Of a DNA stretch of 64,000 nucleotides, positions 39,768 to 54,300 are shown in pieces. The notes under the pieces are model-generated. The model saw only the letters and a list, made by a program, of their open reading frames with translations. It made no database searches and was not told the DNA's origin. The position numbers and the translations under genes were made by a program. The stretch comes from Eledone cirrhosa (taxonomy: Eukaryota), in the NCBI GenBank assembly GCA_964016885.1, contig OZ024745.1, positions 110,298,001-110,362,000 on the forward strand. Reading direction: 5' to 3'. Position 1 is the first letter of the stretch; each line of letters begins with the position of its first letter.

Positions 39768-40830
39768 TAATAATTGTTTCTACTTTTGGCACAAAGCCAG
39801 CAATTACCCAGTGTATTACAGGTACTTTATTTTATCGACCCCGTAAGGATGAAAGGCAAAGTTAACCTCGGCGGGATTTGAACTCAGAATGGCAAGGGCC
39901 GTAACTCTATGTGTCAAAGCATGGCGTCCGACCCTCTACCGATACTGCCAATCCACCGCATGATAATAATGATTTCTACTAAAGGCACAAAGCCAGCCAG
40001 CAATTTTGAGGAGAGGAAAGTCAATTAAATTGACCCCAGTGCATTACTGGTGCTTTATTTTATCGACCCTGTAAGGATGAAAAGCAAAGCCAAGCATGGG
40101 CCATAACTCTATGGTGCAAAGCATGGTGTCTGATGCTCTACCGATACTGCCAATCCTAATAATTGTTTCTACTTTTGGCACAAGGCCAGCAATTATGCCA
40201 GTGTATTACTGGTACTTTATTTTATCGGGCCTGCAAGGATGAAAGGCAAAGTTAACCTTGGCGGGATTTGAACTCAGACCGTAAAGGGCCGTAACTCTTT
40301 GCTGCAAACCATGGCGTCTGACCCTCTACCGATACTACCAAATCCTAATAATAAAGAGTGACAATAATAATTTTGTTTATTGGCTACAAACTAATAATAA
40401 TGGTTTTTGAATTAGGCACAAGGCCAGCAATTTTGGGAGGAAGGGAAAGTCAATTAAACTAACCCAGTACTTGATTGGTACTTTATTTTATTGACCCAGA
40501 AAAGGATGATAATTTTAATTAATTGTTTCTAACATTGGCATAAGGTCAGGAATTGGGGAAAGAAGTTAGTCAATTAAATCATTCCAGTATTTCAATAGTA
40601 CTTTATTTTATCAACCCTAGAAGGATGAAAGGCAAAGTTAGCTTCAGTGGGATTTGAATTCTGAACATGAATAGGTGGAACAAATGCAGCAAGGTATTTG
40701 AGTGGGAGTGGGGGCCTCAAATGATTCTGCCAATCCAACAACAACAACAGCAACAACAATATAGGAAAGGTGTATGTAGTCAACTTATATTTATTTTATC
40801 AACTCTAGAGAAATGAAAAGTCAAATTCAA
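39768..40830 (-). mobile_element. Head-to-tail cluster of ~6 SINE A copies of differing age
   Basis: Repeated TTTATTTTAT...GGATGAAA blocks separated by AAT tails. Confidence 0.88.
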
Positions 40831-43267
40831 CTGCTTACTCATAACTTTTAACTGTTTTCTCATCAATTTTATGATAAACTGACAAATTCAATCTTGTTTC
40901 TTATCATTCCTCCCTTAGAATTTACTTTGATGTCACCTGCTTAGATTTGTGAAACAGGTCAATGTTTGCTGAATATTTTAGTGAATAGTAAAATATTCAT
41001 TTTTGATTTGTTGTAGGAGTTTTGGTTCTTTTATTTATGGCTGGTTGTTTAACTGGAGACCTACAATTAAATGTATTCCAGTCATGACCATCCTGTTTTT
41101 CTTTTTAGATACAGTTTATCAAGGACTACACTTTTCAATGAGCTCTCACTTTTTTAAAGAAGGTAGGGTGTTATTTGAGGAAGATTTGACTTATTTCAAA
41201 AGAAATAGCAGCCATGTTTAGGTTCCCACATTTTTTTTTTTTTAATGTAATTAAAAAAATCATCATCTCTCTGTCATGTTAGAATTAATAATAATTAAAA
41301 TTATTTCACAACTCTTAACTATTTTGCTTTTGATACCAGCCCTCATGAAAATGCCCCTTGTTCTACAATACAAAACTGTCTGTTTTGAAGTGTTTATATA
41401 CTCATCAAAACATTCCATCATAATTTTTATGTAAGAAAATTTGTTAAGTTATACTCCAAATACCAGCTTAAAATGAAAGTTATATTACTAAATTCCACCC
41501 ACACTAAAAAAGAAAAAAAATTATTGATTATTCTTAAAATTAATTGATCATCATAAGCTATGTCTTCCATTGGGAATATAATAAAGATCACTAATGACCA
41601 TGAGATTCGCACCTAAAAAGTTCCTCTCCAAGGCACAAGTCACACAAGGTTGTCTGTGGAAAACCAGCAGTCACCCAGGCATACCAGCCTCCCCTCTCCA
41701 TGTCACCAATGTTGTCCAAGGGAAAGGCAATGGCTAATACAGCTTGCCACCTGTGGTGTCGCAACTCATTTCTACAGCTCAAGAACACAACGCATCACCC
41801 AGTTCGAGAATCAAACTCACAACCTCCCAATTGCAAGCCTAATGCTTTAACTATGTGCATTCATAGTAATGGAAAGGTTAAAACAATGAACACCAGTGGA
41901 GAGAGATAGAACATGAAAATTACTAATATTTTGTTATATTCATTATTTGCATTTATCATCAGATTAACTGAAACCACAACATGGCTTGAACTTTGGAAAC
42001 TCTGTACACAATATAACACTTTACTACTGAGCAAACGGCATAATGAAAGTAAAAAAATAAATACTAATTGATATCATGTACTTGATCTTGCTCAGATCAA
42101 CTGACAAGATCCCAGACCTCATTCACTTGCCAAGTGGGGTGGACCTCATCAAATTGGACCAAGGAAACAATGTTTCCATTGGTCTTTCGATTGCTGATAC
42201 TATCTATCAGTCACTGGTAGAAAGAACGTGAAATAAAGTGCCTTGCTCAAGGACACAACACACCACTCGGTCTGAGAATTGAACTCACAACCTCACAACC
42301 TCATGATTACGAATCCAACTCTCCAACCACTAAGCCATGCGCCTTCACAATGTAATACATGATGAATAAGATCTGAAATTTCTTAACTTTCTTTAAAAAG
42401 TGAAGCATATTCTGTTTAACAAAAATTGCATGAATAAATGAAAAGAAAATATCAATATCTATGTGAAATTAGAATATGATGCAAGATATTTGAATATTAC
42501 AAGATATAGAAGAACTAACATTTGACAAGAGACAACTTTTCTGATAATAATTTATCTTATGGGTTCACTAGATTAGATTCGTTTTATTTTTTATTAAGTA
42601 AAAATTCAAAAAGAAAAAAATCTAAATTCTTACTAAAGTATTTTCTGTAGTCAATCATTAAAATGTCTTCGTTCATGTCTAGTGCCAAAACCTGAAGCAA
42701 CATTTACAAGAAATTACCTTCAATTTTTTTTTTCTTTTGAACTTTAATCATGCTTTCTCCAGTATGTTTTCATTGTGTAAAGACTTCTTATTTGTGAAAG
42801 TTTTTCAAGTCACTTCTGATTAGTGTTGAAGTAAGATGCCATGGATTAAACTTATTTAGAAAGACAATTACTCATATGCATATTTAACTAATACCGTCAG
42901 CTATATTGCAATATCCCAATTCTAATAGATAAGATGCTTCTATTGAAGATTTTACTATTACACAATGCTCATTTCTTTTGTTTCTTAATCATATATTACA
43001 TAAATAGTGAGGAAGAATTATAGAGTTCAAGAAGCAATATGATCTCTCTCGCTATATATTCCTCTTTTTGAGTGAAACAGAAGATATTTTAAATAGTTTT
43101 ATCTCTGAGCAGGCATTGGTGTTTAGTTTAGGAGTTTGGTTCACATACTATGGGGCTTTGAATTCGATGCCACTGTGTAGTCTTCTTAGGTAGAGAAATT
43201 ACTTGTGAAGGGATACTGGACTTTAAATGAAAATAGTATACACACACACAAACACATATATATATGA

Positions 43268-43710
43268 AGGCGCATGGCTTAGTGGTTAGAGCATTGGGCT
43301 TGCAGTCGAAAGGTTGTGAGTTCAATACTCGAACTGGGTGATGTGTTGTTTCCTGGAGCAAGACACTTTATTTCACATTGCTCCAGTTTACTCAGCTGTA
43401 GAAATGAGATGATAGGACAGGGGTCCATATCATTCCACTGCAAGGTGGTCGTGGAGGTGCCACGGCAAAAAAGCACCCAGCCCACACTGTAAAGTGGACG
43501 TGTAGGCGCTATGGAAAAAAAGCACCCAGCACTCACTGTAAATGAGGCTGGTGTTAGGAAGGGCATCCAGCTGTAGAAATCAAGCCAGAATTAGTTCCCG
43601 TATGAGCAAGGCAGGACAAGGTCAGCCAACCGGACACTGCCCACAACAAGACAACCCATCTAACCCATGCTAGCGTGGAAGAATGGACGTAAAACGGTGA
43701 TGATGATGAT
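43268..43710 (+). mobile_element. Full-length SINE B
   Basis: tRNA-like head GGCGCATGGCTTAGTGGTTAGAGC..GAGTTCAAT; GAGCAAGACACTTTATTTCACATTGCTCC body; 3' half colinear with the RTE 3' UTR at 15377-15650; (GAT)n tail. Confidence 0.93.
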
Positions 43711-44028
43711 ATGTATATATATATATATATATATCTTCTATGATAAGTATGGGTTCTATGTAACTCTGTTTTGTAATTCTGTTGAAGTTACCAAATGAGA
43801 CTGTCCTGACTTGCATCATAAATAGATGATGGAGCTGGGCCATTGAAATATGTATAGTGATTTCATGGAATTAAAATTTACAGTATATCTTCCAGTCTGG
43901 CCTGCTGTTGTCTGTTCAAATATATATATATATATATGAATATATAGTATGTAGGTTCGTGAGTGGTGTTGGGGGCTAACCAGTTAAAAAAGGTACTCAC
44001 TACATTGGTAGAGTATAGGTATCTTTAT

Positions 44029-44320
44029 TTTTTTCCGTGGCACCTCCACGACCACCCCCCACCGCAAGGTGGTCGTGGAGGTGCCACGGAAAAAAAGCCC
44101 GCAGCCCACACTTTAAAGTGGACGTGTAGGCGCCACGAAAAAGCACCCAGCACTCACTGTAAATGAGGTTGGTGTTAGGAAGGGCATCCAGCTGTAGAAA
44201 TCAAGCCAAATCAGTTCCTGTATGAGCAAGGCATGGTCAGCCGACCAGACACTGCCCACAACAGGACAACCCGTCTAACCCATGCTAGCGTGGAAGAACG
44301 GACGTAAAACGGTGATGATG
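44029..44320 (+). mobile_element. RTE/SINE B tail with 28-bp 5' inversion
   Basis: 44029-44056 is the reverse complement of 44068-44095. Confidence 0.88.
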
Positions 44321-45244
44321 ATTATATATAGAAATGACTTCAACAGGACTAAAAACCATCAGAAATGTCATGATTTCATATGAATGAAACAGTTCTAGTC
44401 CACCACCACCATCATCATCATCATCACTTAGCATTCTCTCTCCTTGCTAGTAAGGGTTGGATGGGTCTACATAGAGCAAGTCAATACTGAAATGAGGCTA
44501 CTGACCTTCTAGATAGCCCAAGGGATCTGAAACCCACTTATATACGGTCCTATCAAGTGCAGAGGAGAAGTTGAAATGTCTTTTGACACAAACTGAATGA
44601 AGGGTCCTCCTAACCCTTTGTTTGGCATTCTTTCTACAGCTGGATGCTCTTCCTTACACCAACCACCTTACAGTGTGTACTAGATGCTTTTATGTGTAGA
44701 TCACCAGCCTGAGGGAGGTAGTCATGTCTTTAACACAACTAAAGGGTCCTCCCAACCCTTTGTTTGGCAATCATATTTATAAGAAAGATCAAGGAAAAAA
44801 TAACACAGGAGATCAATACAATACAATTATGGCATATTTGTCTAATACTTGATATAGTTGGAAAAGAGTCTTAAGGTTTCAGTTAATATACCTACACTTG
44901 AAGATAGAATGAGAGAACAGAAGAAGAAATATGAAGATAGATGAGAATAAGAGAATAAGAAAATGGAGAAAGGATAGATAGGAGATGAACCTCATGTTAT
45001 TGTTAGTCAGTCATAATAGTGGTACTCTATCAGAGCCACAGCTCATGGATAGAAACCACGTGTTAGTCAGTCATAATAGGGGCACTCTATCATGGCCAGA
45101 GCTCATCGGCTGGAAAATGTAAAAGAACATATAGTAGCCTATACAGATATATATTACCCTACATCATTAATTGGTTCCTGAAGATAAAACTTGAAAAGAT
45201 GAAAAACAACGAATGTTGAATTAAACCCCCAAATAAACTATATT

Positions 45245-45458
45245 CCCCAGCATTTAAACCGGCCATATCTGGCCTGAATTCTCTCATTTCTTTCTGTTCA
45301 AACTGGCCGCTCATACTGACATTAAGGTAAAGTATTGTTCTCAAAATAAATAACATCAAAATCTCATAGATTCGATATTTTGTGAGATAATGATGTAAGA
45401 TAAAGTCTTTACCACAAAACTACCAAAGTATATATTGAGTAATGTAAATGCTAAAGGG
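45245..45458 (+). mobile_element. piggyBac-type MITE family 1
   Basis: Homologous to 15996-16211; ends AAATGCTAAAGGG|TTAA. Confidence 0.8.
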
Positions 45459-46517
45459 TTAACTGTATATTTTAGCAGTTATCTAAATGTGATTATATAT
45501 GTATTTATTGTTTTTTATTAGTGTTTTTATGTCTATATTTTTGGCAAACTAATGTAAAGTTGAGTCAATTGACAGAACACAAGGTTCACTTTTGCCATGT
45601 AATATTTAGAAAAAATACCATAACTTTGAACATGATGAAACTGGAAACTACATAAGCCAAGGTATACCTGTATACCATGGCATCTAAATATGTAAATATA
45701 TGGACTCATATCTATTTAGTTTCACTATGAAATTAAACTTACTGAATGTGTGTGAGAGGAGGGGAGTATTCAGCTATCTATTTGCAATTACCTTTTCAAA
45801 GTTTGTTTTTCAAGTTTAATGTTTAATAAGGTAAAAACTATGAAATTACATTTGATCCTGGATAAATTCACCTCCTGAGGCATGATGGCTGTGAGTTAAT
45901 CTTCATTTGGATTAACTATTAGATTAAAGCCTGAAAGTTGTTCAATGATGTCAACTATTTATGTATGTACACTACTAGAGTTGTGAAGGAAAGGAAAAGG
46001 TCAGAGGAATAGATGAGAGAGAGTGAGGGGGATAGATAAATAAATAGAGTTTGAGAGCAACTAAAAGTTAGTAGGGAGAAAATGAGGGATTTTCTCTTTT
46101 TTATCTGTTTTAATTTTGTTGTTATTGTTGTAGCAATTTAATCTCGGGTCAGCCCGAATCTAGCAAACCTATGATCAAAGGTCATTCACAGTTTTGGCTA
46201 ACTTGACATTTTTATAAATCTATCAAGGACTACATCATCTAATGTGCCACCATAGGATGTGGTTTGAGAGAGATTTGGCTGCTATTTATTGTCTGTTGAG
46301 AGACTCCGTAATGTCCCCCTCCCCCCTCTTATTTCTGAAGTTTCCTTGACATAATTCTTTAATTTTATTTTCATTCATTTTATTTAGTGATATCCTAGTA
46401 GTGTGATAGTACATAATATAGTTGATGGTGGTGTATTACTAATGTGTACAAAATAACTGATATTGGTGGTGGTGTCATCTTAATGTTGGTACAAAATTGT
46501 TTATGATGTCCTGTTAA

Positions 46518-46726
46518 CCCTTTACTCTATATATACTATTGTATTTTCATGGTAAACACTTTATTTCACATAATTATCTCACATAATATTGAATCTATGA
46601 GATTTTGATATTATATATTTTGAGAACAATACCTTAGTATAAGTATGAGCAGCCAATTATGGCCGTTTTGAACAGAAAGAGGTGAGAGAATTCTGGCTGG
46701 ATACGACTGGTTTAAATGCTAAAGGG
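46518..46726 (-). mobile_element. piggyBac-type MITE family 1
   Basis: TTAA|CCCTTTA ... TAAAGGG|TTAA, with both TTAA sites intact. Confidence 0.85.
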
Positions 46727-46994
46727 TTAAATGGTGCAGGTGTATGACCGAGTGGTTAGGGCACTGTTCAATCACAATGTTGTGGGTTCAATTCCTGGAC
46801 CATCAATTCCTGGTGTATTGTGTCTTGAGCAAAATATTTTATTTCCCGTTGCTCAGCTACAATTCAATACCATCAGTAGCTGGGAGTTAACTCTGTGATA
46901 CACTGTCATCTTATCCAGGAGGAAGTATTGTATTCTTAATCACTTAACACCGAAGAAATCAAGATCAGCAGAATATTGGATGAAATGATTTGTT

Positions 46995-48080
46995 GTATTT
47001 AGATATGCCATTATGTTCTAAGTTCAAATTGCATTGAAATATCAATTTTGCTTTTCTTCCTTCCAGGGTTAATAATATAAAGTACTACTTATGTAACAAG
47101 ATCAATATAATCAATTATATCTATCCCTTCCCAATAATTGATGGACTTGTGCCTGCTGCCTTTATCTCAAATCAATATTTCAGGGTGGATTGGCAGTATC
47201 GGTAGAGGGTCGGACGCCATGCTTTCCAGCATAGTTACGTCCCTTTATGATCTGAGTTCAAATCCTGCCGAGGTTGACTTTGCCTTTCATCCTTACGGGG
47301 TCGATAAAATAAAGTACCAGTAATGAACTGGGTAATTGCTGGCCTTGTGCCTAAAGTAGAAACAAATATTTCAGTCTCTCTGGTCTCTGCATTCAAATCC
47401 TTCTGAAGTTGACTTTACATTTTACTATTCTGGGGATTGATAAAATAAATCCCAATCACATAGCTGGGATGGGTGGTCTTTTGTTTTGTTGGGAAATTCT
47501 TTACATTCTGAGTTCAAATCTAGCTGGGGGTCAACTTTGCCTTTCATCTTTTCGGGGTTGGTAAAATGAAGTACTAGTTAAGTACTGTGGTTGAATCTAA
47601 TTGACTTTTCCCTCTCCAAGTTTACTGACCTTTTGTGTAATGTAGTAATCATTATAATTGTTTCTACTATAGGCACAAGGCCAGCAATTTGAAGGAGAAG
47701 GGAAAGTCAATTAAATCGACCCCAGTGCATTACTGGTGCTTTATTTTATCAACCCCATAAGGATGAAAGGCTAAGCTAGTCACAGAGTATAAAGGGTCGT
47801 AACTTTATGCTGAGAAGCATGTTGTCCGACGCCCAACCAATACTGCCAATTCACTGTCCTAATAAATGAAAATAATGATTACAAGGTCAGCAATTTGTGG
47901 GTTGTGGGGAAACATGACATACTGACTTCAGTATATGACTAGTACTTTATTTTATCTACCTGGATAGGATGAAAAGCAAAGTTGACCATGGTAACATTTT
48001 AACTCAGAATGTAAAGAAGCAGGAGGAATACCACAAAGTAATTTCCCAATATTTTAATAACTCTGTCACTCAAACACCTT
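46995..48080. mobile_element. SINE A cluster: four + copies followed by two - copies
   Basis: Young copy 47184-47364 has TSD AATATTTCAG (47174-47183, 47365-47374); minus copies at 47655-47858 and 47875-48080. Confidence 0.85.
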
Positions 48081-49483
48081 GATGATGATTATATATGTAA
48101 AAGGATAATTTCAATTTGATAGAAACATTTATTCCTAGCCTTATTATTTTTTAAAAAAAAAGAATTAAGTTTGAATTAATGTGACTATAAGGCAATATAG
48201 AAGGAAATATTCAAAAAGCAATGTCAAATTGTATTTGATCTCTACTTTCAGCTTTTCTAACTAAGGCTTTATTAGAATTATTTGCCTGAAGCAGGGAATT
48301 AATAACCAATTAATATAAAGTCTATAGAATCATATATTTATTCTTCTATGCTGTGAACTAATGAAGTTAGATCTGTGCCTTTCTGATGATTCTCATGACA
48401 CGATAATGTCCATTAACAACGATTCACTAGAAATAACCAGGCAGCAATAAGGCATGCAAACACACTCACATACAAACATACTCACACATACACACCTACC
48501 CATATGCAAACTCTCTCTCTCTCACATACACACACACACATGCAAACTCTCTCACATGCACACACACTCACACAAAGAAAAAAGAAGGGAAATAAAACAA
48601 ATATTCCAATTACTGTCCAAGTCATATTTATTATTCAGCCAGATGTTGAAATTTCTGAAGAAAGCAAACTTGAAATCAGACACTATAAAGAGTATATAAG
48701 AGCCTTTCTTTTTGGTTGATCTGGAAAGGTCGGTGACAAAAGAGGTCGATTCACTTGCAAGAGTCACATAATAATGGCTTCTTCTATCATTATGTAGCCA
48801 TCCTACTCCGTTAGAAAATGAAAAGGCTGATTTCTGGGGATATGTTTTATCAGAGAATTGCAAACTGCTGCCAAAATTATTATTTTCTTTATATTCTATT
48901 CTAAATACACTCTAGGTTGTCTGTCTCACGATATTTCTTTCTTGATGTCCTTTGGAATAAATAATTCAGTCACTGAAAAGATAAATTGCTCTGATAGAAT
49001 ATATGGTTATGAAATTTGTTGGCAGTTACACTATAATTGTTAAAGAGGGAGATACATGGTTTTTGCTATAAATGTCCCAAATGAGAAGAAATATATTTTA
49101 TATCTCAACAAAAAAGGTCTAAGACAAGTGTTATTTTTCCCTAAATGATCAAAACATCAAATGCACAGAGAAGCTAGTGAAATGCTATCAATTTTACAGT
49201 TCTAAGCAATAAAAGAATGACTGTGAAATGTTACTAGACAATAAATCTTACAAACTGCTTTCTTCATGCTTGCTGTTTTTCCTTAGAACATTTCTCTGTG
49301 ATTACAGATTATTGCCAGGTGCCATGGTGCCAATATATAAACAAGTAATGATTGATTTTTAATCTTTGCAGCAAGACATGGAATTGAACTTCGGAATTCA
49401 TATTGCAAAGAATTACAGAATACTTTTTATCTAATTTTGCAGCTCACTATTGTATAGATTTTATGCATGATGTGAAAAATACC

Positions 49484-49527
<44 letters not shown>

Positions 49528-49600
49528 AGAGAAAAAAGAGAGAAGTTACTCATATAGAATAAAAAGTAAATCAATGTATGTATGCAAGTGCATACATACA

Positions 49601-49641
<41 letters not shown>

Positions 49642-49765
49642 TTATATATATATATATATATACACACACAGTTATATACATATACATATATATGTATATA
49701 CATATACAAATATATATATATCTGTACATATATATAAATATATATACACATACATACGTACACAT

Positions 49766-49810
<45 letters not shown>

Positions 49811-49994
49811 AGATAGAGAGGGGGGAGAAAGAGAGACATAGAGATAGATGCACCATGTATATTTGTGCTAAGTTGTGCCAGTAGATAAGTTGCATGTTGT
49901 TTTTGAGCATCAGATTTTCATGGAAAAAGATGCAACTTAACATATACCCTTACACATACAGTATGTGCATGTGTATATATGTGTATATATATAT

Positions 49995-50320
49995 CATCAT
50001 TTCATTTGTTTTTCATTTTTTTTTTACGTCTGCTTTTTCCCTGCTTGCAAGGGTGGGACGGGAACTGATTCTGGCTTGATTTCTATAGCTGGATGCCCTT
50101 CCTAACACTAACCTCATTTACAGTGAGTGCTGGGTGCTTTTTTTCTGTGGCACCTCCACGACCCCAGTCCCTATCATCTCATTTCTACAGCTAAGTAAAC
50201 TGGAGCAATGTGAAATAAAGTGTCTTGCTCAAGGGAACAACACATCACCCGGTCTGAGAATTGAACTCACAACCTTTCGATTGCAAGGCCAATGCTCTAA
50301 CCACTAAACCATGTGCCTCC
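49995..50320 (-). mobile_element. SINE B
   Basis: Homologous to 6180-6522 with an internal deletion. Confidence 0.9.
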
Positions 50321-51339
50321 ATATATATATATATATACATGCATATACTGTAAAGAGTTTGGTTTTAGAAAGGGTATCTAGCTGTAGGCCCATATTTTAC
50401 TTGCATACAATCTACTGAGTGCACTTTATCATGACACCAGTACTAGGGATGCCGTCATAATTTTGACACAACTAAAGCATCCTCACAATCCTATGTTTGG
50501 TAAGCTTTCTATAGTGGATGCCCTTCTATTATCAACCATATTACACCATATACTGGGTCTGTTTATCCTGTAGATCACCAACACTAGAAAGGTTGTTGTG
50601 CTGTTGATACAACATAAGGGTTCTTTCTACCATTTTGGTATGGTTTCTACTGTGGAGTGGTCCTTCATATTACCAACAAGTTTACTGGGTGTATTGGATG
50701 CATTCTCATTGCATCAGCACTAGAAAGGTTGTTGTTTATTGTTCAAACTGAAGAGGTTTTGCTGCTCTGAGAGGCAGGGAGAAAGAAGAAAGATAAGTAT
50801 GATGTTATACATGTATGGTAGAATTGACGAGTGATGAGTAAGGAGAAAGGGTTCACCTACTGTAGCATAGGGGTGTAGTCACAGGTATGTCAGTATTTTT
50901 AGAGGGAGGATGTAGGGATGGTGAGAATAGCTAAGAGGTGATAGATGGGCTTCCGAGGAGCTTCCATCTACACATTTTCACTTACAAGGCAGAGGTTGAA
51001 CCAAGACTATGGCAAATTAAATGACACTTGTTTAAGATACCATGAAGTGGGATAGAACCTGGGACCTAAAGATTGTGAAGCAAACTCATCAATCTGACCC
51101 TGCTACATGCACAATTTATTAAAGGTGACAGTAGTTCTAATCACAAAGGAGTAAACAGGCAATGACTGGTGAGTTTGAAGTTGGGATGAGATTGGGGTAG
51201 GGAGATTCTGCAGCAGTAAATATTCCACGTGGAAAAATGACTGACTATATTTGTTCTGCATCGAGTTACAGGCACTCCCTAGTCCCTCACACTATGTCAG
51301 ATATGCATCAAACCAGTGACTGACTTAATGGAAACATCA

Positions 51340-51690
51340 TCATCATCATCGTTTAATGTCTATTTTCCACGCTAGCATGGGTTAGACGGTTTTACCCCAT
51401 TAGAAGCAAGTTGGGTCGGGTAACCATGTCTCGCTCATATAGGATTGCTTCTGGCTGGTTTTCTATGGCTGGATGCCCTTCTTACCACCAACCACATTTA
51501 CAGTGTGTGCTGGGTGCTTTCTGCCGTGTCTTTTACACAACCACTTTACAGTGTGGACTGGGTGCTTTTTGTTGTGATACCTACACAACCACTTTACAGT
51601 GTGGAATGGGTGCTTTTTGTTGTGACACCTACATGACCACTTTACAGTGTGGGATGGATGTTTTGTGATACCAACATAACTTTACAGAGT
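51340..51690 (-). mobile_element. RTE/SINE B tail with tandemly expanded ~43-bp internal unit
   Basis: CCACTTTACAGTGTGG..TGGGTGCTTTT repeated 3-4 times. Confidence 0.8.
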
Positions 51691-52174
51691 AAGGGTGGTG
51701 TGGGCTGAAGTGGGAAGGGGATGTAGTGTGTGTATATTGGATTAACAGGTGCCTACTGATCTCGTGTCATTGTCTTTGAGAGGTGCAAGTGTGCAAGGTC
51801 AGCTTTTATGCAATAACTATTATTCACCAATTGTGATTTAAAGAACAAAAATATAAGATAATTAATTAGCTGTGTTGTTAAGGAGTTTTCTTCACACCCA
51901 TGTGGCTTCAGATACATTCACAGTTTTGCACCTTAGGTAAGTGTCTTCCCTGCTTCTATAGCCTTGGATTGACTTATCCCTTGTGAGTGAAATTTGGTAG
52001 ATGAAAGCTGCAGAGCAGACGTATACATGTGTGTCCCTTAACTTTACAGTTTGACAAAAAGAGATCAAAGTACTAGACTTGATAAAATATGTACTCGGGT
52101 CAATACGATTGACTAAATTCCTTTAAAGTGGTACCCCAGTATGGACGCAGTCAAATAATTGAAACCAGTAAAAT

Positions 52175-52340
52175 AATGGCTTCTGATTTAGGCACAAAGC
52201 CAACAATTTGGAAGGAGGGGAAAGTCGATTAAATTGATCTCAGTGCATTACTGGTACTTTATTTTATCAACCCCATACGGATGAAAGGCAAAGGTAACCT
52301 CAGCAGAATTTGAACTCAGAACATAAAAGGACATAATTAT
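52175..52340 (-). mobile_element. SINE A (long-tail, truncated)
   Basis: Homology to family A. Confidence 0.85.
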
Positions 52341-53256
52341 GTGCCATGAAGCCAGTAAAATAATAAAGAACTCATAATTGGTTATTATATCCCTTTCATA
52401 ACACAGTTCTAATCTTCAAGACAAAGTAGAATAAGGAAACCTTATCTAGCTTCATTTACTAATAGTATCTGTAGAGGCAGTTCTTTTTTTTTCATCACTT
52501 GATTTAGGTAAATATGCTTAATAAAATAAGATCAATAAATAAGTGTTTAACAGGAAATCCTATCTTTTGTCTATACTGGTACATTCTAGAAATCTCTCTA
52601 TGCATATTCCGCTCAACATTTAACCATCAGAAATCAATAATAACTCCTAACTTAACTATTCCAGAATTGGTTATTCATCGGCTGTAATTGGGTTACTACT
52701 ACACAATATGGACATAGTCCTATATTTGGATTGAATGATCAATAAATAAACTATTTTGAAATATTACACACACAACCATATATTAGCAGATCAAAATGTA
52801 ATATGGACAAATTAAAAGATAGAGAATGTTGTTCCAGCTGTGTCAAGAATACATTTGTAATGTTATGATTAAATCTACTGAAATGATGATATAATGATTT
52901 AGAAGAAAGATGACATTTGGGGAAACAATGAGACAACTAATGAGAGAATTAATGAGAGGTATTCAATGAGAGTAACAATATTGCTGAGACAGCAATGTGA
53001 AGATAATTGTATTAATTTTGACATTGGTTTCAATAGAGTATTTAAGTTAAAGCATAATAGTTATTTAGTTTGTTGGACTGGAAGTCAAATATAATTAACC
53101 AGTGGACTAATTCAACTAAAACTACTTATGGTTACAAGTAAATCTACTTAGGAAAGAATCAAGGTGAATTTGTTAAAAATAAATGAATAGAAATTTAACT
53201 TTTTACTACTGTATTAATACAATGTATTGTAGGCTTAGATTGTTGTATACATATAA

Positions 53257-53440
53257 ATAATTGTTTCTACTTTAGGCACAAGGCCAGCAATTACCCAGTG
53301 CATTACTGGTACTTTATTTTATCGACCCCGTAAGGATGAAAGGCAAAGTCAACGTTGGCGGGATTTGAACTCAGATCGTAAAGGGACGTAACTATGCTGG
53401 AAAGCATGGCGTCCGACCCTCTACCGATACTGTCAATCCA
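53257..53440 (-). mobile_element. SINE A (young)
   Basis: Near-identical to 20370-20553. Confidence 0.92.
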
Positions 53441-53599
53441 AAATAATGAAAGGACATTATATTTTGTAGTATTTGAAAAATATGGAGTGGCCATGATAGG
53501 AATACCTTTGATCATAGTTCTGGTTGATGAAAGCTTATCTGAGGTTAATCAACAACAAAAACGAAACTTATGGAGGTTACATCACTGAGAAAGAATGAG

Positions 53600-54300
53600 C
53601 AAAGGACTGAATGTCAGATGTAGTAAGACTGATGAGAGACAGTTGTGTCAGATAAACTTCTGTGAAGGTGTTATGCAGTTTTCTCTTATGATAGCAATAG
53701 ATGGGACAGAGAGAAGTAACAATACTGTGGAAGTGGCAGTAGCTTGTTCATGAGTCAATGACAATCAATCTAATAGCCTTTTTCTGGTTGTTGTGTAGGT
53801 AGTTTTTGTTTGAGCAACTATGTTCTCTCAGATATGTGAGCTTTTTAGAGGGCTGGAAACTGATAAAAGCAAGGGAGTTTTTTTTACTTTTCAAGAGGAA
53901 CCCAAGTCTTTGGATTGAATTTCTGCAATGTTATATATATGAAATTGCTATGAGAAAACCATTAAAGATTGTGATGACTAGTTTGTGTGGTTATATTGAG
54001 AGTTTTAGCAGTGTAAAATAGTTGTCATGGTTGAGAAATCACTGAATGTGTGATAGAGGAAGACAGAAGTAGATCCAGTTCTGCTCTTGCTCTGTTCCAC
54101 TGCAGACCATTATAGACCCCATACTGTTGGGTATTAAGAAGAGATAGACATGGAAGGTATTAAAGAAGGAAAGTTTTAATTGTTTCCAGCCTATTTGAAT
54201 TTAGGATGATGGTTTATAATTGACACAGTAAGAAAGGTTGCCCTTCTTGGGAATTTCACATATCAAAGGTTTCTATACATTAACACAGATTCTTAGAGTA
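53600..54300 (-). mobile_element. Ancient CR1/Jockey-type LINE relic
   Basis: Minus translation keeps IPKKGNLSYCVNYKP (RT N-terminal motif) and QKKAIRLIV; otherwise riddled with stops. Confidence 0.5.

Noticed and set aside
43268-43345. Functional tRNA genes at SINE heads
   Set aside because: A and B boxes are present, but there is no complete cloverleaf and each continues into a SINE body.
48504-48863. Possible coding exon in unique sequence
   Set aside because: ORFs begin in a CA repeat, with no recognisable domain and no convincing splice-site pair.
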